From NCBI GenBank assembly GCA_951406725.2, contig OX597826.1, forward strand, positions 60,078,001 to 60,142,000: a stretch of DNA of 64,000 nt, in the 5' to 3' direction. Shown one piece after another: positions 1 through 14,213 of the stretch. This stretch comes from Octopus vulgaris. Its lineage: Eukaryota. The notes under the pieces are model-generated. The model saw only the letters and a list, made by a program, of their open reading frames with translations, had not been told where the DNA came from and searched no databases. Positions within the stretch are counted from its first letter, which is position 1, and the number at the start of each line of letters is the position of its first letter. Made by a program: the position numbers and the translations under genes.

Positions 1-82
1 GCTTTGCAACCATGTTTTTGTGATGATTTTTACTGAGCGACTTTTGGGCAAACTTATTTTTATATGCGCGTGTAAATATATG

Positions 83-149
<67 letters not shown>

Positions 150-157
150 ATGTATGC

Positions 158-466
158 GGATGCGCAATGGCCCAGTGGTTAGGGAAGCGGAATCGCGGTC
201 GTAGGATCGTGGTTTCGATTCCCAGACCGGGCGTTGGGTGTGTTTATTGAACGAAAACACCTAAAGCTCCACGAGGCTCCGGCAGGGGGTGGTGGCGATC
301 CCTGCCGTACTCTTCCGCCACAACTTTCTTTCACTCTTTCTTCTGTTGGCCTACTCGCTTAGCCAGTGGGGTGGCGTAATTTGAAGGCTAAAACAATGCG
401 AAGCGCATTGTGACAAGCGATGTGTAACAACATCTGATAGTCTGGTCGGTCACGTGATCACGTGAT
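158..466 (+). mobile_element. tRNA-derived SINE, group A (Octopus OR-type-like), copy 1
   Basis: Pol III head: A-box TGGCCCAGTGGTTAGG and B-box-like GGTTTCGATTCCC. The 3' tail has hairpin CAATGCG-AAG-CGCATTG and ends in CACGTGATCACGTGA. Close homologues lie at 537-845 and 44115-44425. Confidence 0.9.
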
Positions 467-526
<60 letters not shown>

Positions 527-536
527 ATGTGTGTGT

Positions 537-845
537 GGAGGCGCAATGGCCCAGTGGTTAGGGAAGCGGAATCGTGGTCGTAGGGCCGCGGATTCGATTC
601 CCAGACCGGGCGTTGTGAGTGTTTATTGAGCGAAAACACATAAAGCTACACGAGGCTCCGGCAAGGATTGGTGGCGATCCCTGCTGCACTCTTTCGCCGC
701 AACTTTCTCTCACTCTTTCTTCTGTTGGCCTGCTCGCTTAGCCAGCGGGGTGACGTCATTTGAAAACTAAAACAATGCGAAGCGCATTGTGACCAGCGAT
801 GTGTAGCAACATCTGATAGCCTGGTCGGTCACGTGATCACGTGAT
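537..845 (+). mobile_element. tRNA-derived SINE, group A, copy 2 (tandem with copy 1)
   Basis: Aligns end to end with 158-466 and is separated from it only by a (TA)n(TG)n tract. Confidence 0.9.
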
Positions 846-870
846 ATGTATGTATGTATGTATCTCTCTC

Positions 871-926
<56 letters not shown>

Positions 927-927
<1 letters not shown>

Positions 928-1612
928 CCCTCTGGCAACGTATTTGATCCTTGACCATGTTGGTTGCAAACACTTGTCAATAGTTTCTTGGTCAATCATT
1001 TTGTGTTGGAGTGACAGAGTTTTAAATATTATCGTTTGTTGCGCTATGCGTTGTTGTATATCGTGAGCGGTGGGGAGGTTAAATTAACATTTGTGTCATC
1101 TCTCTGTAATAAATTCCTCACTTTTTTTATCTCTTCAACATTAAAGTAGAGTGATTCTTGTTGCACTCTCACTGCTGATTCGAAACCGCGATTGCTTAGT
1201 TTAAATCCATCTTTCTTGAGGTCCTTAATTTTGTTGTTCGTGGTGTCCTTGAAAGTATCTATTGTATTTCTTTTGGGAAGTAGATCATTCCTCTCTCTTG
1301 CTCGCAACAAGGGAGAGAAAGAGACAATTCGGTGTACACGTCGTCTTAGTGGGCTTAACCCGCACCTAGGGTGGAAGCCACGATTGAAAAATTAATTACG
1401 TAGCAAAAATACAAATAAACGTGGGCAAAATTAGCCCATAATAGGGGGAATTTTGGTTCAGCTACAAAGACGCACAAGATTCAACAATAATAATTATAAA
1501 CACACTTTGGTAACATGAATTTACAAAACGTACTAGCGTAAAAAGCGCACGTCAGTTCGGCAAGTAATTATCCAGCCCTTCATACGTCGCCTAACGACAG
1601 GAAAGTCCATGA
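927..1612 (-). mobile_element. Possible 5' part of a Penelope-like element (terminal repeat plus start of decayed ORF)
   Basis: Complex block bounded by (TA)n/(TG)n tracts. It contains non-repetitive ORF 1044-1310 and a CCTGTCGT..GGCGA..TTGCC-GAA motif also seen near 10940-11000. No diagnostic protein motif. Confidence 0.3.
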
Positions 1613-1630
1613 TATATGTGTGTGTGTGTG

Positions 1631-1666
<36 letters not shown>

Positions 1667-4265
1667 GGCTGCCTCCTCAAGAAACTTAAACTTTTCAAAG
1701 CCAATGTTAAAGTTTTTAGCCATGCTCAAGTATCCAAGTATGAATGCAAGTTCGGAGTGGTGTGGGGTTATGTCTAGTTCTTTCAGACAGTGAATGAATT
1801 AATATTTAAACATAAAGAATATGCTTATATTATTACATTTCCTCTGATCCACGCTGTGTTGTGTATTATATATACAACCACACGTACTTTCACACACACA
1901 CTCACACATGTATGCATTTGTGTATGTATACATGTATGCGTTTGTATATACGTATGTATTTATGTATACGCACACAGGCCCATGCTTATGTTCGCATTTA
2001 CGTACTCCATATGTACCTATTAATTCAAATTATCTTTGATTCTTTCATTTCGACTGTCTCCTTTTGTTCCATTCCACTTTCTCTTTTATTATTCTCTAAC
2101 ATCTTCCTCTGTTCATTTTCTCTCTTGTTTCCCTGTTGTCGTGTTCTTTTCTAAACTTCCATCACAATGTTTCCGTTTTGTTTTTATCTGCTTTTTATCT
2201 TTTTCTTTCTTTCGTCTTATTTTTTCGTGTCTTAGTTACTTTTTTATTCTCTTCGTTTGATTTATTCATTTATAGATTATTTATTAATATATTCATTTTC
2301 AAAATAGCGGCAAATAACTTATTTACATATTTTGTTCTGCCATTCTTTGTGACGATGTATTTATTTTGAACAAACTTCTTTTTAATTCTTTTATCCTATA
2401 TTGTTAAGTTTTTTCTGTTATAAAGATCTACAGAAAAACAATGCGAGATTTTAAATTCATCAAACATATGATATTCAATAAATAAATAAATACAACATAA
2501 TCAAAATGAAATAAATTAGCCTCTTATAAACACAAAAATAATTTAATTAAAATAATTTTAAAAGGTGACTGTATTTTTCTCTTTTGTTGCATTTAATGAT
2601 CAATGTAAAAAAATATAGATCTCAATGTTTTTTGTTATTCTTTGCGGTGCTAGTATTGTTGCTTGTCCTATTGTAGTTGCTATTGTGGATGTTCGTGTTG
2701 TTTTTGTATTTGCTACCATATTATTTGATCGTATTAATTATATAATCGTTCAGTAATTGGCGATACTGGTAATTGAAATCAATTATAAGGATAAGATTTA
2801 AAAACACAAAAATATAAATTAGTTACCCATATAAATTTGCATTTCCTTTTTTCTATTATATTTCGAAAGTATTTATTGCTTGTAGGTATTGTTGTAGATG
2901 TTATTCATCTCTTAGTCTAATCTCACATAAGAGGCATACGACACGTCGTTTGTTAAGAAATTATTCGCTTCGTCATATGTTTGCAAAATGATACTGATTA
3001 TGTCATTCTGGCGATTGTGAATAAGTATAAAACGGCGCGATACATGACCACTTATAGCCAGAAATTTTAAGAGCATTTTAATTAGCAAGAAATATTAATA
3101 AATATGTATATTCTATGCATCTTCTTCCTTACTCTTCGATTTTAAATTTAAACTTCCATTACCATCATGATTGATCTAGAAAGGTTTGTCTTCCTTACAA
3201 TAACTGACAGCCAGGGTACTCCACGTATATAGTGATTAGTCATAGTTCTATTGTTCCAGATATATGAAAAGGATCATATTTCATGTATCCAAGAAGCGGA
3301 GGGAAATCGTTCGTTATCCTGCCAAACACCACATCAAATGATAACTGTCTAACTCCCAGTTGTCTCTAATTTCATTGTTGATGCTTATTATGCTTCGTTC
3401 TGTGGCTGTACTTCTCTAATTTTACTCCGCATCGGATAAGCGGCGGTGACGACCACGCGTCCCTATTTCGAGTAATTTGTTTTTCTGTTTGGAAATCTTT
3501 TATCAGTGACATTCCAGTCGATCTTTGTTTGCAACATAACATATCGGAGGTTACTTTGTCTACATTCTTCATTTATATGAAGAATGTGGCGGCGTACGGT
3601 GTGATAAGGAGAGATTTTTGCTGAACTCTCGAGTCGATCGAACTTCTCATATTTCTTATAAACGACGTATGTGTATGAACTAATAGACAGTAAATAGAAA
3701 ATGTAAGGCCTAATATGAGAAACAGCTGATATTGTCTCTAAAAGTGTGATACAGTAAATGCAAAACAGAGCATGCGTGAAAGGGTTTTGTATAATCACCT
3801 GAACTACATAAAAAACAAACAAAAAAAAAACACAGAAGATCCTTCTCAAATCAAAATCTGTTGATGTTTAAAAATAATCACTTACATATAAGATAACTTT
3901 GGTACATTCCCTTAAACAGATAAGATGGTCATAACATTTTTTTTTATTTGGTTGTCCGCCTTCTCGACCACATCAGAAATATGTGAGGTTGTTTGGCAGA
4001 GTGTTGAATAGAGGTGGGTCACTGAAGCCTAAGCTGTTACATAACTAACTCCTTATTCGTGATGGAGAAAATAGGATCCATCTCATCTCCTACAATCAGT
4101 GCCGTCCGGTTCGGCAGTTGGTATAGCTTTCAGTTCCAAAATTGAGAGCTAGACCTTCCAGTATTTTTTGTATGTATATTACTGCGCATCTTTCACGCCT
4201 TCTCTCTAGGGAGTTGAGCCTCAGTTCATTTAAGTCACCTATTTGTCTGTGTGAATCTTATTCGT

Positions 4266-4500
4266 ATTTATTTCTTTATTGCCCACAGTGGGCTAAACAT
4301 AGAGGAGACAAACAAGGACAGACAAAGGGATTAAGTCGATTACATCGACCCAGTGCGTGACTGGTGCTTATTTAATCGACCCCGAAAAAAATGAAAGGCA
4401 AAGTCGACCTCGGCAGAATTTGAGCTCAGAACGTAACGGCAGACGAAATACTGCTAAGCATTTCGCCCGGCGTGCTAACGATTCTGCCAGCTTACCGCCC
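4266..4500 (-). mobile_element. SINE group D (GGTCGACTTTGCCTTTCATCCTTTCGGGGTCGATAAA central domain)
   Basis: Reverse complement of the full copy at 62516-62745. Confidence 0.9.
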
Positions 4501-4673
4501 TTCTGTGAATCTTATTTGTATTGTGCAGCTGGACTGCCTCAACGTGAGCCAATCCATATCACAAAGCACTATAAGAAAGGTGTTAAAAATATCCTACTCT
4601 CTATAAACAAGCCACTCTCTCACTCTCTTTCTTCATCTCTCTCGCTTTCTCTCTCTCTCGCTTTCTCTCTCTC

Positions 4674-4728
<55 letters not shown>

Positions 4729-5199
4729 TCCTCTCACCTTAAGTTAATGCACGCCTAGAAAAATTTGAATAAATCGCAGTCATATTTAAATTTACATTTC
4801 AATATATTATTCCAGTCAAATTGTTAATAAATGTGGAATTTGATAAAGTGTTGAATACATTAAATATTATATACATGCAAAAGTTTCTTTAAGAATTACT
4901 AAGGCATATATTGTATTAATGCTGCATTAATACACAGTAGCCTTTCCAGTTATAATATTCACTTCTATTATATAAAATGCTTCACAAATATATTAAAGTT
5001 CTTCGACTACGTACATAGAAAAATATATATACATATACATACATATAATCATTTATGTACATATGTGGACGAAGATATATGAGTGTGTGTGTGTGTGTAT
5101 GTATTTGTGTCCATGTATATGAAAATCCCTAAATCTTTATACAGATTGGGCTATAATGATGGGAGAATTATGTAATACATATATTTGGTACTCTAAGAT

Positions 5200-5900
5200 A
5201 CTAGCATTTAAAAAGTGTTCCATCATTATGGCTCACCCTGGATATATCTATATAAATTAGTTCATCTACACAGTATATGGTTACGAACGACTAATAATTT
5301 CATACGTTGGAGATGTTGTCTAGGCAGGTTTTTACAAAACGCCTTGTGTCTCCATGCAATATGGACGATACAAGTAACACATCAGGATAACAGAACAAGA
5401 GAAACCATGCGGAAAAACGAGATGAAGGTGGATGAAAAAAGTGGAAGGGTGAAAAAGACGGAAAGAAAAGAAAAAATACATTTACTGGTGGAGAAACAAT
5501 GTAAGGTGTCTTACTTAGATCTGCGATGCAGCTACTCATTCGGTGCGCGGGTGGAGATTGTTCTCCAATTTGTCAAAAGAAATTTGTCCATCTGTTTGCA
5601 TTTGCTGGAAAATATCTGATTTGGAATTCATGAGTACGGTGGAATTCTTCTATCTAAAATCGATATGTAATCTTTCAACTACGCGTAACTTACGTGTTTT
5701 AACATAGCATGAAATTTTTTCTACAATTATCCGCTTGAGTGTATGTGGCGTGGAGTTGGTCTTTAAACCCCATACTTGGTTAGCCAACTTAGTGACCTTA
5801 CTTTTATCCATGTTCCAATCTTTTTCTTTATCCATAACGCAATGTATTTCTTCTTTTCGGCTAGGTTACCATGTCGCGTTACTGCGATTTCTGTGTCTTC
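5200..5900 (-). pseudogene. Decayed Penelope-like element, GIY-YIG C-terminal part plus downstream terminal repeat
   Basis: Translation TKLANQVWGLKTNSTPHTLKRIIVEKISCY...FSSKCKQMDKFLL matches the PLE endonuclease tail pattern TxLSxxxWxLK...WxIxxK..Y...SKCRHxxKFLL. Stops are present. Confidence 0.6.
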
Positions 5901-6067
5901 TACTTGGAGAAGTCAGGCGTATCATTAAAACCATAAATACTTTGAAACGATCGTATAGATACATGAATAAAAGTAATTATAGCCCATATTAACATCTCAT
6001 CTCCTCCATTTACGAAAAAATGATTGAATTTGTTGAACTTTATTTTTATAAGTTAAATCTTACACTT

Positions 6068-6069
<2 letters not shown>

Positions 6070-6161
<92 letters not shown>

Positions 6162-6162
6162 T

Positions 6163-6240
<78 letters not shown>
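6070..6240. repeat. Compound microsatellite (TA)n(GA)n(GACA)n(GATA)n
   Basis: Read directly from the sequence. Confidence 0.95.
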
Positions 6241-6729
6241 TGAGAGATATGGTTCCGTAATCTTAACTCTTTCTACAGCATCTTCAACCATTAAATGAAA
6301 CACTCTCTCCAATTTCATATGTGTATCGTCACATTTAAATATTTCACATACAATCGATTACACAATGACCTGCAAGTTTTTGAGAAATAACATAGTAAAT
6401 ACATACAAAACACCAATATGTATAACAGATAGGAAATAACATTCATCTAAATAAAAAAAAAGTCCGTGCACATACCTTACATCGCCTTTAAATTTTATGA
6501 AACATTCTTCTTTTTCAACAATAAGGGAAAGTTAATGAACCAACTATGAGTTGTTAATAGGGATCTTGACGTGTTATTTACTTTTTTTTGTATCAAAACA
6601 CAAGCAAGTTTGCTGACATAAATTCGACATAATGAACATCTGTCTCAAAATCCCTTCATGAAAGCCCTGGAATTTGGGAAACAAATTCCCCGTTAATATT
6701 TCTCTTGATACCAGGATATAAATCCTATC

Positions 6730-6937
6730 TATTATCGACACAAGTCCTGAAGTTTTGTGGGGAGAGGGCATTTGATCATATCAATTTAATTGCTTCAACT
6801 GGTATTAATTTTATCGACCAAGGAAATTTGAAAGGTAAAGTTGACCTTGGCGGCATTTGAAATCAAAACGTACTGACGGATGAAATGGCACGAAACATTT
6901 TGCCCGGTCAGCAAACGATTCTGCCAGATCCCCGCCG
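6730..6937 (-). mobile_element. SINE group D, diverged copy
   Basis: TTTATCGACC...GAAAGGTAAAGTTGACCTTGGCGGCATTTGAA...ATTCTGCCAGATCCCCGCC matches group D. Confidence 0.75.
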
Positions 6938-7267
6938 TTGTTACTAAGATAATGATTCACGCTATTCGATAACTCTAATACTCTGGAAATTCTTACAGGA
7001 TACAAAAGAAAGGGGACTCATCGTTTTTAATTTCTATATTGGTGCCATAAGATAACTGGGTCAATGAACACGTGGCATTTTAAGTTCTAGACACCCTTCA
7101 GAATGTGAACGATGATTATACCAATAACATTGTATGTAGAGGATCTCATTGCAATCTCATAAACCAGAAAAAACAAGATACTTGAATGATTTCGAAACGA
7201 CAAGAATAAAATATCCCAGGAAATCTCTTGAAATATCAAACGTAGCAGCGACATAATCTGAGACCCA

Positions 7268-7502
7268 CTTCGGTCACAACACAGACCATGGGATTGCACC
7301 TAGAAAGTTACCCTCCGAGGCACAAGTCCGAGCAAGGTTGTTTATGGAAGACCAGCAGTCGCCCATGCATACCGACCTCCCCTTTCCACGCCAGTAGTGT
7401 TATCCAAGGGAAAGGCAAAGGCCGATACAGCTTGGCACCTGTGACGTCGCAACTCAGGATCGTAAGCTCGACGCTCTAACCACTGAGCCATGCGCCTTCA
7501 CC
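7268..7502 (-). mobile_element. tRNA-derived SINE group B, internally deleted
   Basis: Head GGTGAAGGCGCATGGCTCAGTGGTTAGAGCG on the minus strand. Body is homologous to 41489-41782. Confidence 0.85.
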
Positions 7503-8848
7503 AGCGACATAATAGCAGGTAACAGTTTAGACAGATTTATACATAGGTAGTCCGTCACTCAAGGTTGATTTATTACATCTTTACATTCATGTATAGTCCT
7601 GGGCAAGATACTTTGAGGAATACTGATAGCTACCCATGCATGCAAGTTTAACCTTTCCATGCCACCGATGCATATCCAAAGCGAAAAATTTTGGTAGGTT
7701 CAGCGTGGAACGAGTAACGCTGGAGGCAATGCTGTGAAAAAGCAAAAAGTATGAGTCGATTATAACATTTCCAACAATCCACAGTCTTAGACTGGCATTG
7801 CTTTTAGTAGCACCGAAAGAATAAAAGGTAAATTTAATGAAAAGTAGCTTTGAAATGAGAGCCAGGAGAATCGAAACAAACTTCGTCAATGTTTATTATC
7901 GAACGCTCTAGATTTACAGACACACAAATACAAAATGACAAGCGAAGAAACTATACTCAAACACAATAATTGTGATCATAAATAGGAATATTTGAGGGGT
8001 AATATGCAGAGGAGCTTCCAATCTACAGCGGAGCAAAGCAACAACTGCAGCAACAACAACAAAAACAATAATGGAAGCGTCAAGATGCGGAAAGAAGAAC
8101 AGAAAATGGTAACGTGCTATCATATTCAAAGTAACAGATTATTATGGATGCCAATATTCTTATGTATCAGTGTAAATGTAATCTTAAAATATTATCGCTA
8201 TACAAACCAGCATACATTCTTCTATTGTAACAAAAGAAATGTTCTTCCAAAATTGATGAATATTATATCTTCTCGTTTCTCTTGTCTTAGAAAATACCAG
8301 ATTCGCCGAATTTATGCAGGGAACAATCTTCATAGAGTCAGTAAATATAAAACATTTATATCAGCTGTCACAAAATGTTCAATGGTAAACAGCCACATTA
8401 GGTGATAAACAATTTATCATGTGTCGACTAACGACCGGAAGTAAAAGGTAACTGTCGGAATGAGCTAACTAAAAGAATAATGAAGATTTATTAAACATAC
8501 AAACAGAAACCATAGGATACCAGATTACATGTCTTATAGTAACCCACGTTTTGCTTTTATGTTCAATGATCGAATTCCGCTAGTATTCTCTTTGGCATTT
8601 CAGAATTTGTGGATTTGATACAATAAAATGTGATCTTGGTATTTCTTGCCCGACTTAGCTCTGAACTAGCAAAGTTTTGCGTAGTAACTTCCCATTCGTG
8701 TTCATTCAAATAAGTTTTCCAATCAAACTATACCCAGGATTATTATAAGTTAAGTGCCCTCCATTTTTTCAGACCTTTAGTTATGGTAATTTGACAACGA
8801 TTCTTCTCATAGGCGGTAGTTCCAGTAATATAAGGGTCATTGGTTGTA

Positions 8849-8943
8849 CAATTGGGATAGAAAAATTGACCTAGCCCCCTTTGAAAAAGAGTGGTGTTAT
8901 AATCCAATTGGGATAGAAAAATTGACCTAGCCCCCTTTGAAAA
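8849..8943. repeat. Perfect 39-bp direct repeat with 17-bp spacer
   Basis: CAATTGGGATAGAAAAATTGACCTAGCCCCCTTTGAAAA at 8849-8887 and 8905-8943. Confidence 0.95.
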
Positions 8944-10225
8944 CCATGTATAATTTGTTTAATGGACAAATTCATTACTGTCCTCGAACTTGCAGAGTTG
9001 CCTCTGTGTGGCGAATGCCTTTTATCATTTTAATAGTGATTTACAACATAACTTCAGAGCGGGGCATTTTGATTGATGGTACAGGTGAATATGACGCCTC
9101 CAATTATCATTTGATATTTATTTTATTGACCCTGAAATGACGACAAGTAAAATTCCACCTCGGTTGAATTGGATATCTAAACCTTAACAAATTTTAACTA
9201 AGAAGTGAGCGGTTTAACGAGTGAGCTTAAATGTAGAGACTTGGCTCGCAAGAAATAGCAGCTAAATGTTCCTAAATGCACACCATAGAATATTAACGAA
9301 ATACGCATTAGCTGATATAATTCTAGTTGGTCAATATCTGAACATAGCATGGGAACACAACTCTAGTTGTTACAATACCAAAAATCAAACAAACCAGTGT
9401 GAAGTGAATAAACCACCAGTGTGAAGAAACCACTTGATCTTGCGCAGAAGAAATTCGACTGTATATTCTGATTCCTGAGATATATGGGTCTAGTGCAAAA
9501 CATTCTTCATCATTATCGATCGTGGCAACCAGGTAGATATGATCGCTAGAAGATTATTATTATTATGTCATTTTGATTCTTTGTGGGCCAAAAAGAAAGA
9601 CAACTAATAAATATCTACTATATTAAATTCACCTTAGTACTCAATAGCTCTTTGATTCTGAGAACGGAGAAAAGCAAATATTTGAAACCAGTATATAAAG
9701 ACTAACTAAGCACCCCAGGGATCTCTTCGTTTACCTCACAATCGCCATTCCAAACCAATATTATTTTTCATTACAATTATAATTCTTCTTCTTCCTCTCT
9801 CTCTCCCTCTCTTTCTCTTTCTTTCTCTCCCGTTTTGTCTTTCACTCCCACTCGCACACACTTATACGCTAAATCTTAGACATACATATCACACCTGCCC
9901 TCATAGACATTTTATTCCAACATATATATATATATATGATAACGTGAATCTATTTCCTTACATATTCAAAAGTACCACATCTATATATTTGATTTATATG
10001 TTTGACTGTAAATTTACTTGAAGTTATCACAATATTCCACCAATGCTCTGTATTCGATATATCCTGCTGTTCATATTTTACTGATTTATTATCACTTTAA
10101 GCATTATCCAAACAACATTTACTCTAGAAACTACTTCACCATATTTATCATTGAATTGCCTACTTCCCGTTCACCCTGTGTCTGATTGTCTGTCTGTCTG
10201 TCTCACTCTCTCTCACTCTACTCCG

Positions 10226-10261
<36 letters not shown>

Positions 10262-10269
10262 ATATCACA

Positions 10270-10388
10270 CATTCATGCACACGCACACGGTATTGGCGAC
10301 AGAAACTGCATTAGTTCAAAATAGTAGTCTGTAAACCTTCCTTAATGTTGATATACTGCGGAAAGCCACGAGACTATGGTATTCCCAG
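10270..10388 (+). other. Candidate first or 5'UTR exon
   Basis: Consensus donor CCCAG|GTAAGT at 10388/10389, downstream of a CT/CA-rich tract. The start is approximate. Confidence 0.3.
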
Positions 10389-10558
10389 GTAAGTTCTTTA
10401 TGTTACTGATATGCTTGCCTGAGTTTTAGTAATATACGAGATAAACTATCGAGACGTCTATAGTTATCCTGTGACTTTATGAAATATATTCAGATACAGT
10501 AATATATACAGAAGGATATATATGCCTGGAGTGAATGGGAAAGAGAAGGAGAGGATGG

Positions 10559-10598
<40 letters not shown>

Positions 10599-10603
10599 CT
10601 AGC

Positions 10604-10639
<36 letters not shown>

Positions 10640-10641
<2 letters not shown>

Positions 10642-11320
10642 CAAAAAAAGGAACAAGAACGTAACAGGCGACAACAAAACATCGGAACAGTTAGACAATA
10701 CAAAGAACGACAGGTCATTTGGAGCTTTCTTTCGTCAGTCGAGTACCAGATCGTCATTGCAGTTTCAGCCGGTTATTCTCGAGACTGCTCCAATCTGTCC
10801 GGCCCCAAGAAAATCTAAGCTAAGGGCACTAGATTCTTTGGAAGAAAGCAAGTGAATGCATAAGAAAACAAGGAAGAAGAATAACGGAGAAATGGTACGC
10901 AATTACAAATACAAATAACAGGACATTAATAACAGGCGTCTTTCGACTAAGGACGAATTAACTTAAGCTGGCGTGTGTGAAAGTGAAGCCTTACGACAGG
11001 AAAATAAGAGACGAAAGTTAAGGGAAGGATTATAAGAGATGATACACGGATGGTAGCAAAACCAAAAAAGAAAAGTCAGGCTTGGCGGAACTCCGATTAC
11101 GTGGAAGAAGAGGAGAAAGTTAGGGGCAGAGGGAGTCAGGAATTAGCGGGGGGACGAGAAAGAGTGAAAAGAAAGGAAAGGGAAAGAATGAGGTAAAGGT
11201 GGAGGAAAAGTGATGAGAATGAAGGGAAGGCCAAGAAATGTGAGAGAGGGGGAGCGAGAAAAAGAAAAGTGGAAAGAACGAAGTAAGTGTGAAGGGAGCT
11301 AAACGAAAGGGTAAAAGAAT
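10640..11320 (-). mobile_element. Probable Penelope-type terminal repeat region
   Basis: Starts at a (TA)n(GATA)n tract. Minus strand has a long pyrimidine-rich segment and several degenerate hammerhead-like stem-GAAA motifs (GCCGG..CCGGC-TGAAAC; GGCT..AGTC-GAAA). Confidence 0.4.
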
Positions 11321-11351
11321 CGAATATTCTTATGTTCCTTTCTTCCTGTAC

Positions 11352-11530
11352 GTGTTTCAGTCAATAGACTGCGTCCATGTTGGAATACCGCCTTGAATTT
11401 TAGTGAACTGAATCGACCCCAAGTAATTTTCAATTTTTAAGGCTAGTACATATTCTATCGGTCTCTCTTGACGAACGGTTAAGTTACGGTCGTCGTAAAA
11501 ACACTAGCACCAGTTGACAAGCGGTGGTGA
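11352..11530 (-). mobile_element. SINE group C, 3' module, diverged
   Basis: GTTTCAGTCAATAGACTGCGTCCATGTTGGAATACCGCC matches the reverse complement of the group C tail. Confidence 0.7.
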
Positions 11531-11643
11531 AGGAGAAACACCCACCATATATATATGTATATATGTGTGTGTGTGTGTGTGTGTGTGCATGTATATATGT
11601 ATATATATATGTATATACATATATATACATATATATTTATGTG

Positions 11644-11727
<84 letters not shown>

Positions 11728-12375
11728 GAGAGAGTGTGTGTGTGTGTGTCTTTCTATCTGTGTGACAAAGAGAGAAAATGTGAGAGGGAGATGTATGTAT
11801 GATTGTTTGTCAGCCCCATGGTTCCGGGTTCAGTCTCAATACACACACACACACACACATATGCATAGGTGTCTATGTTTCTGCTTGTCCCCTACCATCG
11901 CTTGACAACCGGTGTTGCTGTATTTACATCCCCGTAACTTAGCGTGACAAACCAGCACCTGCTATAAATTGGTTGAGGGAGAAACACAGAAGCACATGCA
12001 ACAGCCATACAGAAATATTGGATTTGTACAAGACCTCTGGCTATTAACATCATTCATATGGCATTGGCCCGACCGGGGTTATTATACAAAGCTCTTGCCG
12101 AAAGTGTGAGGAAAGGAGAAACGAAATGGCTTGAAAGTGATCGTTTTGAACATTGAAGCAGCGCTCAGATACTTTTGTATTTACTTATATAATATGTTCA
12201 GAGAATTCTACATACGCCACTTACAATATTTGTCTATGATTAGAAAAAGTAACTTAACAAAATCTTTATATATCTAAACGTGTATATCTATTAATATATA
12301 TCACTCGATCTTATACACTCTTTACGCTCTTTCTCTCTCTCACTTTTTACACACGCACACAGACACGGAAATCTG

Positions 12376-12471
<96 letters not shown>

Positions 12472-12481
12472 TGCAAATAAG

Positions 12482-12535
<54 letters not shown>

Positions 12536-12681
12536 CATATATATACTGAGAGAGAGATAGAGAGAAATGGGAATAGTTAAATACATGGATAAATAGACTT
12601 GTATATACATACATATATATATATATATACATACATATGTGTGTGTATATGTGTGTATATATAATGTACATATATATAAAC

Positions 12682-12733
<52 letters not shown>

Positions 12734-13189
12734 AGAGAGAGAGAGACGGACACACTGACAGACAGCACATACAGACAGACACAGTACACGAAAGCTATGT
12801 CCAATATTTCATAATGGTACCTTCTTCCTGGATCTGTGACGTACACAAGAAGTGTGATTTAAGTTACATATTTATATGTACGATTTCATAAGTATATTTC
12901 CTGATTCGATGTGCAAGATCAGAGACATCTAAAAGCTTTCTTCCAAACGATACTGCGATAGATTTGCTCTGTCTCTCTGTTTCCTCAGTTTTACCTCTAG
13001 GTATTTTCCTTCAGAATGCTACTGTATTACACGTTTACATCTAAAAGAAACTTTCTGTACATTTCAAACTATTTTGTATGTATATGAGACATTATCTATC
13101 TTCAAACTCTTTCTCTCTCTCTTTCAACCATCTTCATCCGATTCTCACACGTGTATGTATATATTTATATATATGTATCTAAGTGTAAA

Positions 13190-13271
<82 letters not shown>

Positions 13272-13571
13272 TCACGATCTCTTCTGAATTTATCTAAATA
13301 ATAGTATACCAACGTAATTTCGACTTTAAAAATACCTTCTAAGTATTCAAGTAACTGAATCGAATTACGCGTATAACAAATATTAAGATTCACTCTTGTT
13401 AATAGATACATATTCGTACCTGTATGTAATTCCAAAATGCATGTTGCAAGTGTTGCAATAAAATTTGCTTCGTGGGTGCAAAACCAGGTCCAGAGTTTCT
13501 TACAAACACGGACGAATTTTTTTCCCGATTTAATATCGAAACAAACACAAGCACAATAGTAATAATTATTT

Positions 13572-14213
13572 AGTTTCGAATTTTGGTACAAGGCGAGTAA
13601 TTTCGGAGAAGGGGATAAGTCGATTACATCAACGCCAATATTCAACCGATGCGTATCTCACCGGCCTCGAATGGGACGAAAAAGTCGAAATTGGCGGAAT
13701 TTGAACTTAGAGCAAGTAGACACACGAAATGCCTCCTAGCATTGTGTCCGACATGCTAACAATTCTGGTTACTCACCGCCTTCACAAAAATAATAATCCT
13801 TCCTACTATAGGTACAAGGCGTGGAATTTATGGGAACGGGGAGAGTCAATTACATCGACCTCAAAAGGAGAAATGCAAAGACGAACTCGGTGGAATTGAA
13901 CTGAAAAAGGAACAGGCAGACGAAATGCCGCGAAACATTTTTCCCGGTGTACTAACCATTCTGCCAGTCAGCCGCCAAAAATATTAATAACTCTCTCTAC
14001 TAAAGGAACAAATCATGAAATTTTGAGGGAGGGGACTATTCCATTTCATCGACCCCAGTTTTTCCACTGGCATTTAACTTACCAACCCGAAATGCAAAGT
14101 CGACTTCTGCGGAATTTGAACTCCGGATGTAAAGTTTGACAACACATCAAAGATACATGGAATGCCTCTAATTACCTTGCCCGGTGAGGTAACCATTCGG
14201 CCAGCTAGCCGCC
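13572..14213 (-). mobile_element. Head-to-tail array of three diverged group D SINEs
   Basis: Repeating GTCGATTACATCGACC / GAATTTGAACT / ATTCTGCCAG..CGCC modules at about 13572-13785, 13795-13978 and 13985-14213, separated by AAT-rich linkers. Confidence 0.75.

Noticed and set aside
158-235. tRNA gene (also at other SINE heads)
   Set aside because: No proper cloverleaf or terminator, and it continues into a dispersed SINE body.
3372-3849. Non-repetitive minus-strand ORFs
   Set aside because: No recognisable domain or convincing splice-site pair.
8849-8943. CRISPR-like repeat-spacer-repeat
   Set aside because: Only two repeats, a 17-bp spacer, no cas genes and an animal genome context.
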